Part shown: positions 1 to 7,745 of the stretch, piece by piece
Layout of the letters: every line of letters begins with the position of its first letter
How positions within the stretch are numbered: the stretch's first letter is position 1
Source of the DNA: Klebsiella phage VLCpiP4b
Sequence record: ON602751.1
Reading direction: 5' to 3' (one strand)
DNA: 24,000 bases
Program-made: the position numbers and the translations under genes
Notes under the pieces: model-generated
Told to the model about the DNA's origin: nothing
The model's input: the letters and a program-made list of their open reading frames with translations, nothing else
The model's database searches: none

Positions 1-66
1 TATCAGGGTACTAGCTGGAACAAAGCCGTACTCGAATTCGCAGATAAGGAATATGTAAATGAATAG
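1..66 (+). CDS. 3' end of an upstream CDS (partial); product unknown, position would fit the N-terminal subunit of a split N4 RNAPII-type polymerase but this is not demonstrable here
   Basis: Frame 1 is open from base 1 (YQGTSWNKAVLEFADKEYVNE) to TAG at 64-66; overlaps the next ORF start by 8 nt. Confidence 0.5.
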   Translation, partial: YQGTSWNKAVLEFADKEYVNE

Positions 67-355
67 TAAACAGAAGATGTTCTACCCACTGGTAGCTAAG
101 AATGGTGGTATGGGCCTACTCACTGTAGGTGAGGACGGTACCATGCTCTACTCAGCCGTTGATGCTAAGACTGGTAATCCAGTAACAGTGGTGCTGTATT
201 TCAATGAAGAGACTAGTAGTACTCTGCTGAGAGCTATTAAGGAACTGGCCCTTGCTCAGGAGCTATATGCAAAGTCTCGTGTAGACAATGAACCAGCTGA
301 AGAATCATTCCACGAAATGCTGGAAGCATTCAAACCATCCGGTAAACCTAACTAA
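59..355 (+). CDS. hypothetical phage protein, 98 aa
   Basis: ATG start with upstream AAGGA (ataaggaatatgtaa), short overlap with upstream frame, collinear with operon. Confidence 0.75.
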   Translation: MNSKQKMFYPLVAKNGGMGLLTVGEDGTMLYSAVDAKTGNPVTVVLYFNEETSSTLLRAIKELALAQELYAKSRVDNEPAEESFHEMLEAFKPSGKPN

Positions 356-365
356 GGATTCAACT

Positions 366-617
366 ATGTACCTATATTTAGTAACTAACCCGGACGGTGG
401 TGGATATGATGAGTTTGATTCGTTCGTAGTAGCAACAAGGTCGCCGGAAAGAGCAAAGCTATACAATCCTAGTGGTAAACTATACCCATTTGGAAACTGG
501 GACCAATCCGGTGCTTGGGCAGAAACACCAGATAGAATTGAGGTAACCTTTCTTGGTGTAGCTGCAACTACCCTATCAGAAGGTGAAGTTGTAATTTCAT
601 CTTTTAATGCTGCCTAA
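366..617 (+). CDS. small hypothetical phage protein, 83 aa (YLYLVTNPDGGGYDEFDSFVVATRSPERA-type)
   Basis: Internal ATG at 366 preceded by AAGGA; preferred over the track start at 288, which would overlap the upstream gene by 68 nt. Confidence 0.7.
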   Translation: MYLYLVTNPDGGGYDEFDSFVVATRSPERAKLYNPSGKLYPFGNWDQSGAWAETPDRIEVTFLGVAATTLSEGEVVISSFNAA

Positions 618-663
618 TTATTCCACTATGCAGGGCATAAGCCCAAGAAGCAGGAGAAACAAA

Positions 664-1878
664 ATGCAAACTTTTACTGGCCGTGAATACCTGAAAATTG
701 ACATCGCTAACAACTATGGTCTGGACAAGCTGGACTGGGATGAGCGTATTGCATGGTTCGACAGCAATGAGCACAACTTAGGTGCTCTCATCAAAGAAGC
801 GGATGAACCAGCACTATTCTATGCAGGTGTTAACGCATGGAAAGCTGTACAGGCTGGTGAGCCTATTGGTTATCCTATTGCACTGGATGCTACGTCATCA
901 GGCTTGCAGATTCTGGCATGTCTGACTGGTGACCGCCAGGCTGCTGAACTGTGCAACGTAGTGAACTACTACGAAGACGGTAAGCCTAAGCGTCGTGACG
1001 GCTATACAGTCATCTATAAGGCTATGCTGGAAGTACTGGGCGAGTCTGGACGTATTAAACGTGACGACTGTAAGCAGGCAATCATGACTGCTCTGTATGG
1101 CTCAGAAGCAATGCCTAAACAGGTATTCGGTGAGGGTATCTTACTCAAAGTGTTCGAGAACACTATGAGTGAGAAAGCACCAGCAGTATGGGAACTCAAT
1201 AAGTTCTGGCTGCAATGTGGCAATCCTGAAGCTACTGAATACCACTGGGTATTACCAGATGGCTTCAACGTGCATATCAAAGTAATGGTACCAGAAGTAC
1301 AAACTGTACATTTCCTGAATAAACCGTATGACATTGTTCGTATGGTTCAGGGAGTGGAAGAGAAGACACGTATGCTGTCTGCTAATACCACTCACAGCTT
1401 GGATGGAATGGTAGTACGCGAACTGATTCGCCGCTGTAACTATGACCCAGAGCTGGTGAAGTATGTTAAGCAGCTGTGCTACGGTGTGAACGTAGACCAG
1501 GTAACTATAGAAGGTAATGCTGAAATGGTAGAGCAACTGTGGACCTATTATAAGGGCACTGGCTACCTATCTGCACGTATCTTTGACTACCTGGATGCAG
1601 GCACCATTCACATGGTAGACCGTGCTGTCATTATGGAGCTGATTGAATCACTGCCAGCTAAACCATTTAAGGTTCTGTCTGTACATGACTGCTTCCGTTG
1701 CCTGCCTCAGTATGGCAATGACCTGCGTCGGCAGTACAACATTCAGTTAGCTACTATTGCTAAGTCTGACCTGCTGTCATTCATCATGTCTCAGGTACTG
1801 GGTGAAAAGGTTACCATTGGTAAACTTGACCCAGACCTGTGGAAAGACATTGCAGATACCGAGTACGCACTGTCTTAA
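664..1878 (+). CDS. phage-type single-subunit DNA-directed RNA polymerase, C-terminal catalytic part (N4 RNAPII large-subunit-like), 404 aa
   Basis: T7-RNAP-like motifs: LDATSSGLQ (motif A Asp), RDDCKQAIMTALYGSE (motif B K...YG), SVHDCF (motif C HD). ATG at 664 has a good SD (agcaggagaaacaaa); the track start at 607 lacks this. Confidence 0.9.
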   Translation: MQTFTGREYLKIDIANNYGLDKLDWDERIAWFDSNEHNLGALIKEADEPALFYAGVNAWKAVQAGEPIGYPIALDATSSGLQILACLTGDRQAAELCNVVNYYEDGKPKRRDGYTVIYKAMLEVLGESGRIKRDDCKQAIMTALYGSEAMPKQVFGEGILLKVFENTMSEKAPAVWELNKFWLQCGNPEATEYHWVLPDGFNVHIKVMVPEVQTVHFLNKPYDIVRMVQGVEEKTRMLSANTTHSLDGMVVRELIRRCNYDPELVKYVKQLCYGVNVDQVTIEGNAEMVEQLWTYYKGTGYLSARIFDYLDAGTIHMVDRAVIMELIESLPAKPFKVLSVHDCFRCLPQYGNDLRRQYNIQLATIAKSDLLSFIMSQVLGEKVTIGKLDPDLWKDIADTEYALS

Positions 1879-1893
1879 TAGACCCCAAACCTA

Positions 1894-1913
1894 GCCACTC
1901 CTTCGGGAGTGGC
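1894..1913 (+). terminator. Rho-independent terminator
   Basis: GCCACTCC-TTCG-GGAGTGGC perfect 8-bp stem with UUCG-type loop followed by TTATTTTTTTG. Confidence 0.93.
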
Positions 1914-1970
1914 TTATTTTTTTGTTTGAATTCATAATAGCTGGGCAATATTGCCTAAGAGGACAGATAC

Positions 1971-2222
1971 ATGCCAACTTTATACGCTAGTTTAAAACAA
2001 GAAACCGGTGAAGTAGATGTTAAGACTACCAATGCAGTAGGAGAAGGTTTCGTTGCTATTGGTTCCTTTGTTCACCCTGATGCAACCTACCCTGATAGCT
2101 ATGTTATCTATCATGGGGTACGCGACCTGCTTTATAAACGCAAAGCCTCTGACCCAAGCCAAGTAGGATTCTGGCCGGATAACATCACGGATATGCAGGG
2201 CATCACCATTAAAACAGAGTAA
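1971..2222 (+). CDS. hypothetical protein, 83 aa
   Basis: ATG with SD aagaggacagatac; flanked by terminators on both sides. Confidence 0.75.
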   Translation: MPTLYASLKQETGEVDVKTTNAVGEGFVAIGSFVHPDATYPDSYVIYHGVRDLLYKRKASDPSQVGFWPDNITDMQGITIKTE

Positions 2223-2289
2223 CCGCATAGCCTAAATTTCATAGCTTTCTTGGGGTTACTAACCTCGCCATAAACAATCCTTATCTTTT

Positions 2290-2308
2290 GCCCACCCTTG
2301 CGGTGGGC
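2290..2308 (+). terminator. Rho-independent terminator
   Basis: GCCCACC-cttgc-GGTGGGC followed by ATTTTTTT. Confidence 0.9.
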
Positions 2309-2369
2309 ATTTTTTTGGTTATTATGTAATTCTTTATATGACTATCCACCCATAACTAAGTAGGTACCT

Positions 2370-2639
2370 ATGCGTAAGATTGCTTTAATCGGATGTGGTG
2401 CAGTAATTGGCCTGTTGGCTCTGACTGCCCACTATGTAGTAGAACGTCTGTTCGGTTTCAACTTACCAGACTTCACGGTATACATAGCTGCTGCGATTGC
2501 AGCACCCGTGTACGGAGTAGTGAAGTTTGACCATAAGGCATTTAGCCGTGCTTTTACTAAGAAGGCTAAACTGGTAATTGACCGCCTAGGTTTCCGAACG
2601 TGTGGCGCTGGTTGTCTAAGCCGACCAGCATACATGTAA
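2370..2639 (+). CDS. small membrane protein, 89 aa, with one or two hydrophobic segments
   Basis: ATG start; MRKIALIGCGAVIGLLALTA and FTVYIAAAIAAPVYGVV hydrophobic stretches; ends just before a terminator. Confidence 0.65.
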   Translation: MRKIALIGCGAVIGLLALTAHYVVERLFGFNLPDFTVYIAAAIAAPVYGVVKFDHKAFSRAFTKKAKLVIDRLGFRTCGAGCLSRPAYM

Positions 2640-2666
2640 ACAAACACTACATTTGCAAGTAAAAAA

Positions 2667-2684
2667 CCCCGCCATTGTGCGGGG
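2667..2684 (+). terminator. Rho-independent terminator (symmetrical A/T flanks, possibly bidirectional)
   Basis: AAAAAA-CCCCGC-cattgt-GCGGGG-TTTTTGTTTTTTT. Confidence 0.93.
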
Positions 2685-2723
2685 TTTTTGTTTTTTTGGT
2701 TTTCATACTTTGGAGTAAAAACG

Positions 2724-2924
2724 TTGAAACTTACTAATTCTCAAACTGTTTTTCTTAAAATGGTTAAGTCAGGTACTGCACCACGTGCATTGTCTAACAA
2801 AACAGCCCGTACTCTCAACAAGATGGGTTTGATTAAACCCAACGCTATGTACGGCTGGATTCTTACCGCTGCTGGCTTACAAGCAATCGGAGAGTTAAGC
2901 AATGCAGGAGAAAAACAGGCGTAA
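2724..2924 (+). CDS. small winged-helix-like DNA-binding protein, 66 aa (TTG start)
   Basis: TTG at 2724 preceded by TTTGGAG; LTNSQTVFLKMVKSG...LSNKTARTLNKMGLIKPN...YGWILTAAGLQAI has a wHTH-like pattern (L..GLI...W.LT..G). Confidence 0.55.
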   Translation: MKLTNSQTVFLKMVKSGTAPRALSNKTARTLNKMGLIKPNAMYGWILTAAGLQAIGELSNAGEKQA

Positions 2925-3252
2925 AACCCTGATAGATAGAATCCAGTCAAGAGTTAAGCTGCAAGATTTAGGGCACACCATCAATGGTCAGCCCAGCCTG
3001 TGTCATATCTGGACTGGTTCTCATTCAGGTAATGGCCGTGGTGGTCAGTATGGTCGTATCTCAGTTAATGGGGTTACAGCTGCTACCCACATTGTAGTGT
3101 TTACCCACTATCACGGGTATATACCATGCAGAATGCAGGTAGACCACCTGTGTAATAACAGACTGTGCTGCAACCCTGAGCATCTGGAACTGGTAACTCA
3201 CCAAGAGAACCAGAAGAGAAGGGCTGCACGTAAGAAAGGAACCAAGAAATGA
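2902..3252 (+). CDS. HNH endonuclease (possible homing endonuclease), 116 aa
   Basis: Motif CHIWTGS...NGRGGQYGRI...THIVVFTHYHGYIPCRMQVDHLCNNRLCCNPEHLELVTHQEN is characteristic of phage HNH endonucleases. Confidence 0.9.
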   Translation: MQEKNRRKTLIDRIQSRVKLQDLGHTINGQPSLCHIWTGSHSGNGRGGQYGRISVNGVTAATHIVVFTHYHGYIPCRMQVDHLCNNRLCCNPEHLELVTHQENQKRRAARKKGTKK

Positions 3253-3440
3253 AAGAAGATTGCTTTTTTGCTTTCGTGGCTGGTGCTGTCATTGGTGTGA
3301 TAATCATGGGTTTACTCATGTCCCATGTTGGTCCCAACTCCAAAGCCAAAGTTGATGCTCGTAAAGCTGAATGTGAGCTTAACATCCCTCGTAATCAAAA
3401 CTGCGTAATGCAGTTTGTACCAGAAAAGGTAAAACAATGA
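3249..3440 (+). CDS. small membrane-anchored protein, 63 aa
   Basis: ATGA overlap with the HNH stop; N-terminal hydrophobic segment FFAFVAGAVIGVIIMGLLM; two Cys in the tail (AECELNIPRNQNCV). Confidence 0.7.
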   Translation: MKEDCFFAFVAGAVIGVIIMGLLMSHVGPNSKAKVDARKAECELNIPRNQNCVMQFVPEKVKQ

Positions 3441-3622
3441 AATTATTTTTAGCACTCTTTTCAATGCTTGTCATTTCACTTGCTGGCTTGTCTTGGGTTT
3501 TTAGTGAACCTCAGAATATCATGCAGCAAATCTATTTTGCTGTTAAATGCTCAACTACCATGATTTGGATGTATACCATCCATTCCATCTGGATTCGTTA
3601 TACGAACAGTAAAGGTAAATAA
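3437..3622 (+). CDS. small membrane/secreted protein, 61 aa
   Basis: ATGA overlap with the preceding ORF; strongly hydrophobic N-terminus MKLFLALFSMLVISLAGLSWVF. Confidence 0.65.
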   Translation: MKLFLALFSMLVISLAGLSWVFSEPQNIMQQIYFAVKCSTTMIWMYTIHSIWIRYTNSKGK

Positions 3623-3982
3623 ATGAAAAAGTTAGCTATTGCTTCAGCAATCTTACTTGGTTCATTGGTTGGCTTTGCAGAAGCTAAACCAGTGATTTGT
3701 ACCATGAACACCGAAGGACTCAAGAACAATTATGTCGATGAGCCAGTAACCATTGTTGATAATGGTAGTAACTGGGAAGCTTACTTCTCAGATGGTGAAC
3801 ATATGGTGACCACACCCAAACCAATGCTACCTGGTAAGAAAGATACCACTAACCTGTATTCCCAAACTGAGTCTGAGTTATTCAGCAAAGGTCAGGGTAA
3901 ATTCAAAGGTTATTACGGTATTCGCTTCTTTGGGGACGATAAAAAAGTAGTAACTATTAAGTGCCCAACTGAAATTATCTAA
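3623..3982 (+). CDS. predicted exported (periplasmic) protein, 119 aa
   Basis: Typical signal peptide MKKLAIASAILLGSLVGFAEA|KP; two Cys remain after predicted cleavage. Confidence 0.75.
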   Translation: MKKLAIASAILLGSLVGFAEAKPVICTMNTEGLKNNYVDEPVTIVDNGSNWEAYFSDGEHMVTTPKPMLPGKKDTTNLYSQTESELFSKGQGKFKGYYGIRFFGDDKKVVTIKCPTEII

Positions 3983-4007
3983 ACAAACAGAAACAGGAGA
4001 AGCAATT

Positions 4008-4361
4008 ATGAGTCACGCAGATAAACGTACTCCAGTAACAGATGCCCTGGAAACCCTCGGTATGATTCACTTCAAGCCAGAAAAGCGTGATGCTATTCAT
4101 CTGGCAGTAGAGCCAGTGGTAGCCGCTTCTGACTTATTTATTGGTGAACGCATTGGTATTGTTGACGGTGAGGCTTACCGCACAGGAACCAAAATGTACA
4201 CCAACGGAGTGGAATCCTATGTACCGTATCACGGTATTGTTGACCCATTCCTACCTAAGCCAGTTCGTAAAGGTGAATCCTTCTGGTTCGTCATGGCTCC
4301 TCGTATGGTTCAGTCCTTACGCCATGTGTGGGAACACCCAGACTTCCCGGCAGGTGAGTAA
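4008..4361 (+). CDS. hypothetical protein, 117 aa
   Basis: ATG with SD aacaggagaagcaatt; stop/start overlap with the next CDS. Confidence 0.75.
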   Translation: MSHADKRTPVTDALETLGMIHFKPEKRDAIHLAVEPVVAASDLFIGERIGIVDGEAYRTGTKMYTNGVESYVPYHGIVDPFLPKPVRKGESFWFVMAPRMVQSLRHVWEHPDFPAGE

Positions 4362-4708
4362 TGGAGCGTTACACACCAGATAGTACCCACGATGCATTAA
4401 TCATTATGGGTAACCCAAGAGCACTCGCTTATCAGTGGATTGTCGAATACGCCAAGTATATCTCCCCGGAACAGCGGGGTGATGATGACGATGATGGTGG
4501 TTATTACAACACCTCCCCTGTAAGTGCAGAAGAACTCATTGAAACTGCTATTAGTCATCAAGATGGTAAATGGGGCGACTATATATGCCGTGGTGGGGAG
4601 TATGAAGGCTTTCAGCTTGACTCCACTTTCTGGGATAAATTCGCCATTGTTATGGGTATTGAACGTGAATCCGTAGAAGAACGTAGTTTCTTCACCTGTT
4701 CCTGTTAA
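4361..4708 (+). CDS. hypothetical protein, 115 aa
   Basis: ATG overlapping the upstream stop (TAATG); SD ggcaggtgag; operonic arrangement. Confidence 0.75.
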   Translation: MERYTPDSTHDALIIMGNPRALAYQWIVEYAKYISPEQRGDDDDDGGYYNTSPVSAEELIETAISHQDGKWGDYICRGGEYEGFQLDSTFWDKFAIVMGIERESVEERSFFTCSC

Positions 4709-4718
4709 GGGGTTTTAG

Positions 4719-5771
4719 ATGTCTATTGAATCATTAGCCCGTTCCACACCACGCCAAACACGTCGTATTGTGGAACGTTGTATTCGTTCTGGGGTTGTAC
4801 CTTACATCACCAGTTCACCTGGTATGGGTAAATCCTCTATCGTTAAGCAGATTGCCGAAGACTATGGTCTTATCCTTATTGACCACCGTCTGTCTACATC
4901 TGCACCGGAAGACTTATCTGGTCTTCCTCGTTTCCGCGAAGATGGTCGAGCAGAGTTTGCACCGTTTGCAGACTTGTTCCCGTTAGAAGGGGACGAAGTA
5001 CCCGAAGGCTATAACGGCTGGTTGCTGCTACTGGATGAATTCCCTTCGGCAAGTAAATCAGTACAGGCTGCTGCCTATAAACTGATTCTGGACCGTATGA
5101 CTGGTCAGAAGAAGCTGCATCCTAACGTAGCTATCGTATGTGCTGGTAACTTACAGTCTGACCGTGCCATCGTTAACCCCATCGGTACAGCTCTGCAATC
5201 TCGTATGGTTCACATTGAGATGATGGTTGACTTCGATGAGTGGCTGGAAGACGTAGCAATCCCTGAGAAATGGGATGACCGTCTGATTGCTTTCTTGTCG
5301 GCAAACCGTACCTATCTGATGGATTTCGACCCGAACCATGAGAACAAAACGTTCTGCTGCCCTCGTACCTGGGGCTTCGTTAACTCTATTCTGAAGACTG
5401 GGAATAAAGGACCAATTCCTTCTGAAGATACGCCTATGTATGGTGGAGCTATTACCACAGGCGTGGCCACATCATTCGTTCAGTTTACTTCTGTCTATAA
5501 AGAGATGGTTTCTCTGAGCGAAATCTTACGTGACCCTATGGAAGCGAAGCTACCTACCAAGCCAGACCTTTGCTGGGCCACCATTACCAGTCTGTGTACT
5601 CAGATTGATAAAGGTAACTATGTAGAAATCTTTAAGTACATCAGTCGCTTTAAAGAGATTACCTTCAAGATTCTTTTCTACCGTACTGTCATCAAGACAT
5701 TGCCTGAGATTGATGATACTCAGGAATATCGTGATGCAGCCATTCAGTTAGGCAAATACATTCATAGCTAA
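4719..5771 (+). CDS. MoxR-like AAA+ ATPase, 350 aa
   Basis: Walker A SSPGMGKSSIVKQ, Walker B WLLLLDEFPSA, sensor-like VAIVCAGNLQSDRAI, followed by a VWA-like gene. Confidence 0.85.
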   Translation: MSIESLARSTPRQTRRIVERCIRSGVVPYITSSPGMGKSSIVKQIAEDYGLILIDHRLSTSAPEDLSGLPRFREDGRAEFAPFADLFPLEGDEVPEGYNGWLLLLDEFPSASKSVQAAAYKLILDRMTGQKKLHPNVAIVCAGNLQSDRAIVNPIGTALQSRMVHIEMMVDFDEWLEDVAIPEKWDDRLIAFLSANRTYLMDFDPNHENKTFCCPRTWGFVNSILKTGNKGPIPSEDTPMYGGAITTGVATSFVQFTSVYKEMVSLSEILRDPMEAKLPTKPDLCWATITSLCTQIDKGNYVEIFKYISRFKEITFKILFYRTVIKTLPEIDDTQEYRDAAIQLGKYIHS

Positions 5772-5781
5772 GAGGTGACCC

Positions 5782-6933
5782 ATGTCGCAAGACCTTCAAA
5801 GGGAGTACGACAAAACTCAGGTTAACGCCTTCATTGGTAGTACTGCTGCTTTCTTTGGGGCTATCCTCTGCACTCTGAAAATGCGTTGGGATAGTAATAT
5901 CCCAACTGCTGCTACTAATGGTGAAACCCTATTCTGGAACCCAGACTGGTTTCTTCAGTTACCGGTTAACACCAGAAAGACTGTGCTTATGCACGAGCTA
6001 TGGCACGTAGCATTGCTACATGGGCCTCGTCTGGGTAGTCGTGACCCTGAGATATGGAACCAAGCATGTGATATTTACATCAATAACATGCTCTCCGGGC
6101 CAGAATATAAGCGAGATAATTACTCGTTTGACGGTACAAAACCCTGGATTGACACAGCCTATGATGGTTGGGTTGAAGAAGACATTTACGACGACCTGAT
6201 TAAGAATCCACAAAAGCAGCCTAAAGGTAGTGGTGGTGGTGCATTCGGACCAGGTAACTGTGGTGACATGCTCAAACCATCATCACCCGCTGTTAACGCA
6301 AATATCGTCAACAACGTAGTTCGTGCAATGCATCAACAGAAGTTGTCAGGTGGAGCTGAACCAGGAAAGATGCCAGGTCGTACTGAAGAAGTAATTACCC
6401 AGTTCCTTAAACCAGTGGTTAAGTGGGAAGCTCTGTTAGAGCGTTTCTTCACTGAACTGTTGGATGAGGATTACACCTGGGCAAGACCTAACAGGCGTTA
6501 CCAGGATATCTACCTACCATCTCGTTTTACTGATGATGGGCGTTTAGAACACCTGGCTTATTTCCAGGATGTATCTGGCTCTATTCAAACCAAGGATTCT
6601 TTGCGTTTTAACTCAGAACTTGCGTATGTATGGCGTAAGTATGCCCCTGAGAAAATGTCAATTATCCAGTTTGATACTGTCATTCAACAGATTGACGAAC
6701 TTAAAGAAGGTGACACATTCACCGAAATTAAGATTGTTGGTCGGGGTGGTACTAACCTAAGAGAAGTACGCGAGTGGATTATTAAGAATAAGCCCACGGC
6801 TGCTATTATTTTCTCTGACCTGGAAGTGACACCCATGGAAGAGCTACCATTCGATATTCCCATTATTTGGGTATGTATCCGTAATCCGAGGGCTACTGTC
6901 CCGTTTGGTAAGCTGATTCATATCAACAACTGA
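5782..6933 (+). CDS. putative HExxH metallopeptidase / VWA-like protein (DUF2201-like), 383 aa
   Basis: VLMHELWHVALLH (HExxH), WNQACDIYINNML, and C-terminal MIDAS-like DVSGSIQTKDS; paired with an upstream MoxR-like gene. Confidence 0.8.
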   Translation: MSQDLQREYDKTQVNAFIGSTAAFFGAILCTLKMRWDSNIPTAATNGETLFWNPDWFLQLPVNTRKTVLMHELWHVALLHGPRLGSRDPEIWNQACDIYINNMLSGPEYKRDNYSFDGTKPWIDTAYDGWVEEDIYDDLIKNPQKQPKGSGGGAFGPGNCGDMLKPSSPAVNANIVNNVVRAMHQQKLSGGAEPGKMPGRTEEVITQFLKPVVKWEALLERFFTELLDEDYTWARPNRRYQDIYLPSRFTDDGRLEHLAYFQDVSGSIQTKDSLRFNSELAYVWRKYAPEKMSIIQFDTVIQQIDELKEGDTFTEIKIVGRGGTNLREVREWIIKNKPTAAIIFSDLEVTPMEELPFDIPIIWVCIRNPRATVPFGKLIHINN

Positions 6934-6940
6934 GGAATTT

Positions 6941-7468
6941 ATGGTACGTAATTCAGGTAAGCTGCTGTTTACTGAAATTGGGAAACCAATTGCAGATATG
7001 CACGCAGGTAAGAATGTGAACCCTGGTTCTGATACAACCTTTGGTTTAGGTGAAGCTGGTTATGACATCCGTATTAAGCAGGATGTTACCTTCTATCGCT
7101 TATTCGGGTTGATACCAATGGTAAAAATCGTTGATGGGTCTTATGTAAGACACCATTTTGGAAAGTTTGCCTTGGCTTCGGCAATAGAAAGGTTTGACAT
7201 GTCTAATGACCTAGTTGGGATTGTCCATGACAAATCCACCTGGGCAAGACGTGCATTATCAGTGTTCAATACTGTGATAGAACCCGGATGGCAAGGATAC
7301 CTTACCCTTGAACTGGTCTATCACGGACATAAGAAGTTACATATCCCGGCTGGTTCCGGTATCGCTCAGGTAATCTTTCATGAAACTGCTATGAGAGCTA
7401 CCTATCGTGGGCGGTATCAGAACCAAGCCAATCAACCAGTAGCTGCTAAGTCAGCAAATAAGGAATAA
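6941..7468 (+). CDS. dcd: dCTP deaminase / dUTPase-superfamily protein, 175 aa
   Basis: LGEAGYDIRIK, NTVIEPGWQGYLTLELVYHG and AGSGIAQVIFHE match the Dcd/dUTPase fold signature motifs. Confidence 0.82.
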   Translation: MVRNSGKLLFTEIGKPIADMHAGKNVNPGSDTTFGLGEAGYDIRIKQDVTFYRLFGLIPMVKIVDGSYVRHHFGKFALASAIERFDMSNDLVGIVHDKSTWARRALSVFNTVIEPGWQGYLTLELVYHGHKKLHIPAGSGIAQVIFHETAMRATYRGRYQNQANQPVAAKSANKE

Positions 7469-7470
7469 CC

Positions 7471-7671
7471 ATGTCTGTATTTACTACCAAAGTAAATGGT
7501 CAAAAAGTAACTGTTGTCTCCCAAAACGTCGCATTTGTGGCAGATGTTAGTGGTAATGCCGAGATTCACTTTACCAATGGTGTCATCCTGGGCACAGACG
7601 TCGGATATGACTCTGTTCGCCGGAATGTAGCCAAATCTCTCGGCAAGCCTGCCGAAGACAAAGCAGAGTAA
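7471..7671 (+). CDS. hypothetical protein, 66 aa
   Basis: ATG with SD aaggaataacc; collinear. Confidence 0.7.
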   Translation: MSVFTTKVNGQKVTVVSQNVAFVADVSGNAEIHFTNGVILGTDVGYDSVRRNVAKSLGKPAEDKAE

Positions 7672-7680
7672 GTCCCTTAT

Positions 7681-7731
7681 GCAGTCTACGCAATGTTGTA
7701 GGCTGCATTATGGAGATTACTCCAACATTGC
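7681..7731 (+). ncRNA. structured intergenic RNA element (candidate pseudoknot or alternative hairpins) upstream of a terminator
   Basis: Stem gcagtctac/gtaggctgc (7681-7689/7698-7706, one G.U), second stem tggag-atta-ctcca (7711-7724), and gcaatgttg (7690-7698) perfectly complementary to caacattgc (7723-7731). Confidence 0.45.
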
Positions 7732-7745
7732 TTAGTCTCTTATCC

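Noticed and set aside
1014-1536. Minus-strand ORFs (106 aa and 94 aa) opposite the RNA polymerase gene
   Set aside because: Entirely antisense to a well-supported coding sequence; no SD or recognisable motif
1948-1961. Palindrome around GGCAATATTGCC upstream of the 1971 ORF
   Set aside because: Short 12-bp palindrome with no loop and no T-tract; too weak to call an operator
2902-3252. HNH ORF as an intron-encoded endonuclease
   Set aside because: Flanking ORFs are complete and translationally overlapped with the HNH ORF, so there is no evidence of an interrupted host gene
4141-4383. 80-aa + strand alternative-frame ORF
   Set aside because: Overlaps the better-supported 4008-4361 gene with no independent SD or domain
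4481-4498. GAT/GAC repeat tract encoding DDDDDGG
   Set aside because: Short acidic run in a hypothetical protein; no sign of a genuine microsatellite or functional repeat
4768-4986. 72-aa + strand alternative-frame ORF inside the MoxR-like gene
   Set aside because: Nested in the AAA+ ATPase coding frame around Walker A; likely a chance ORF
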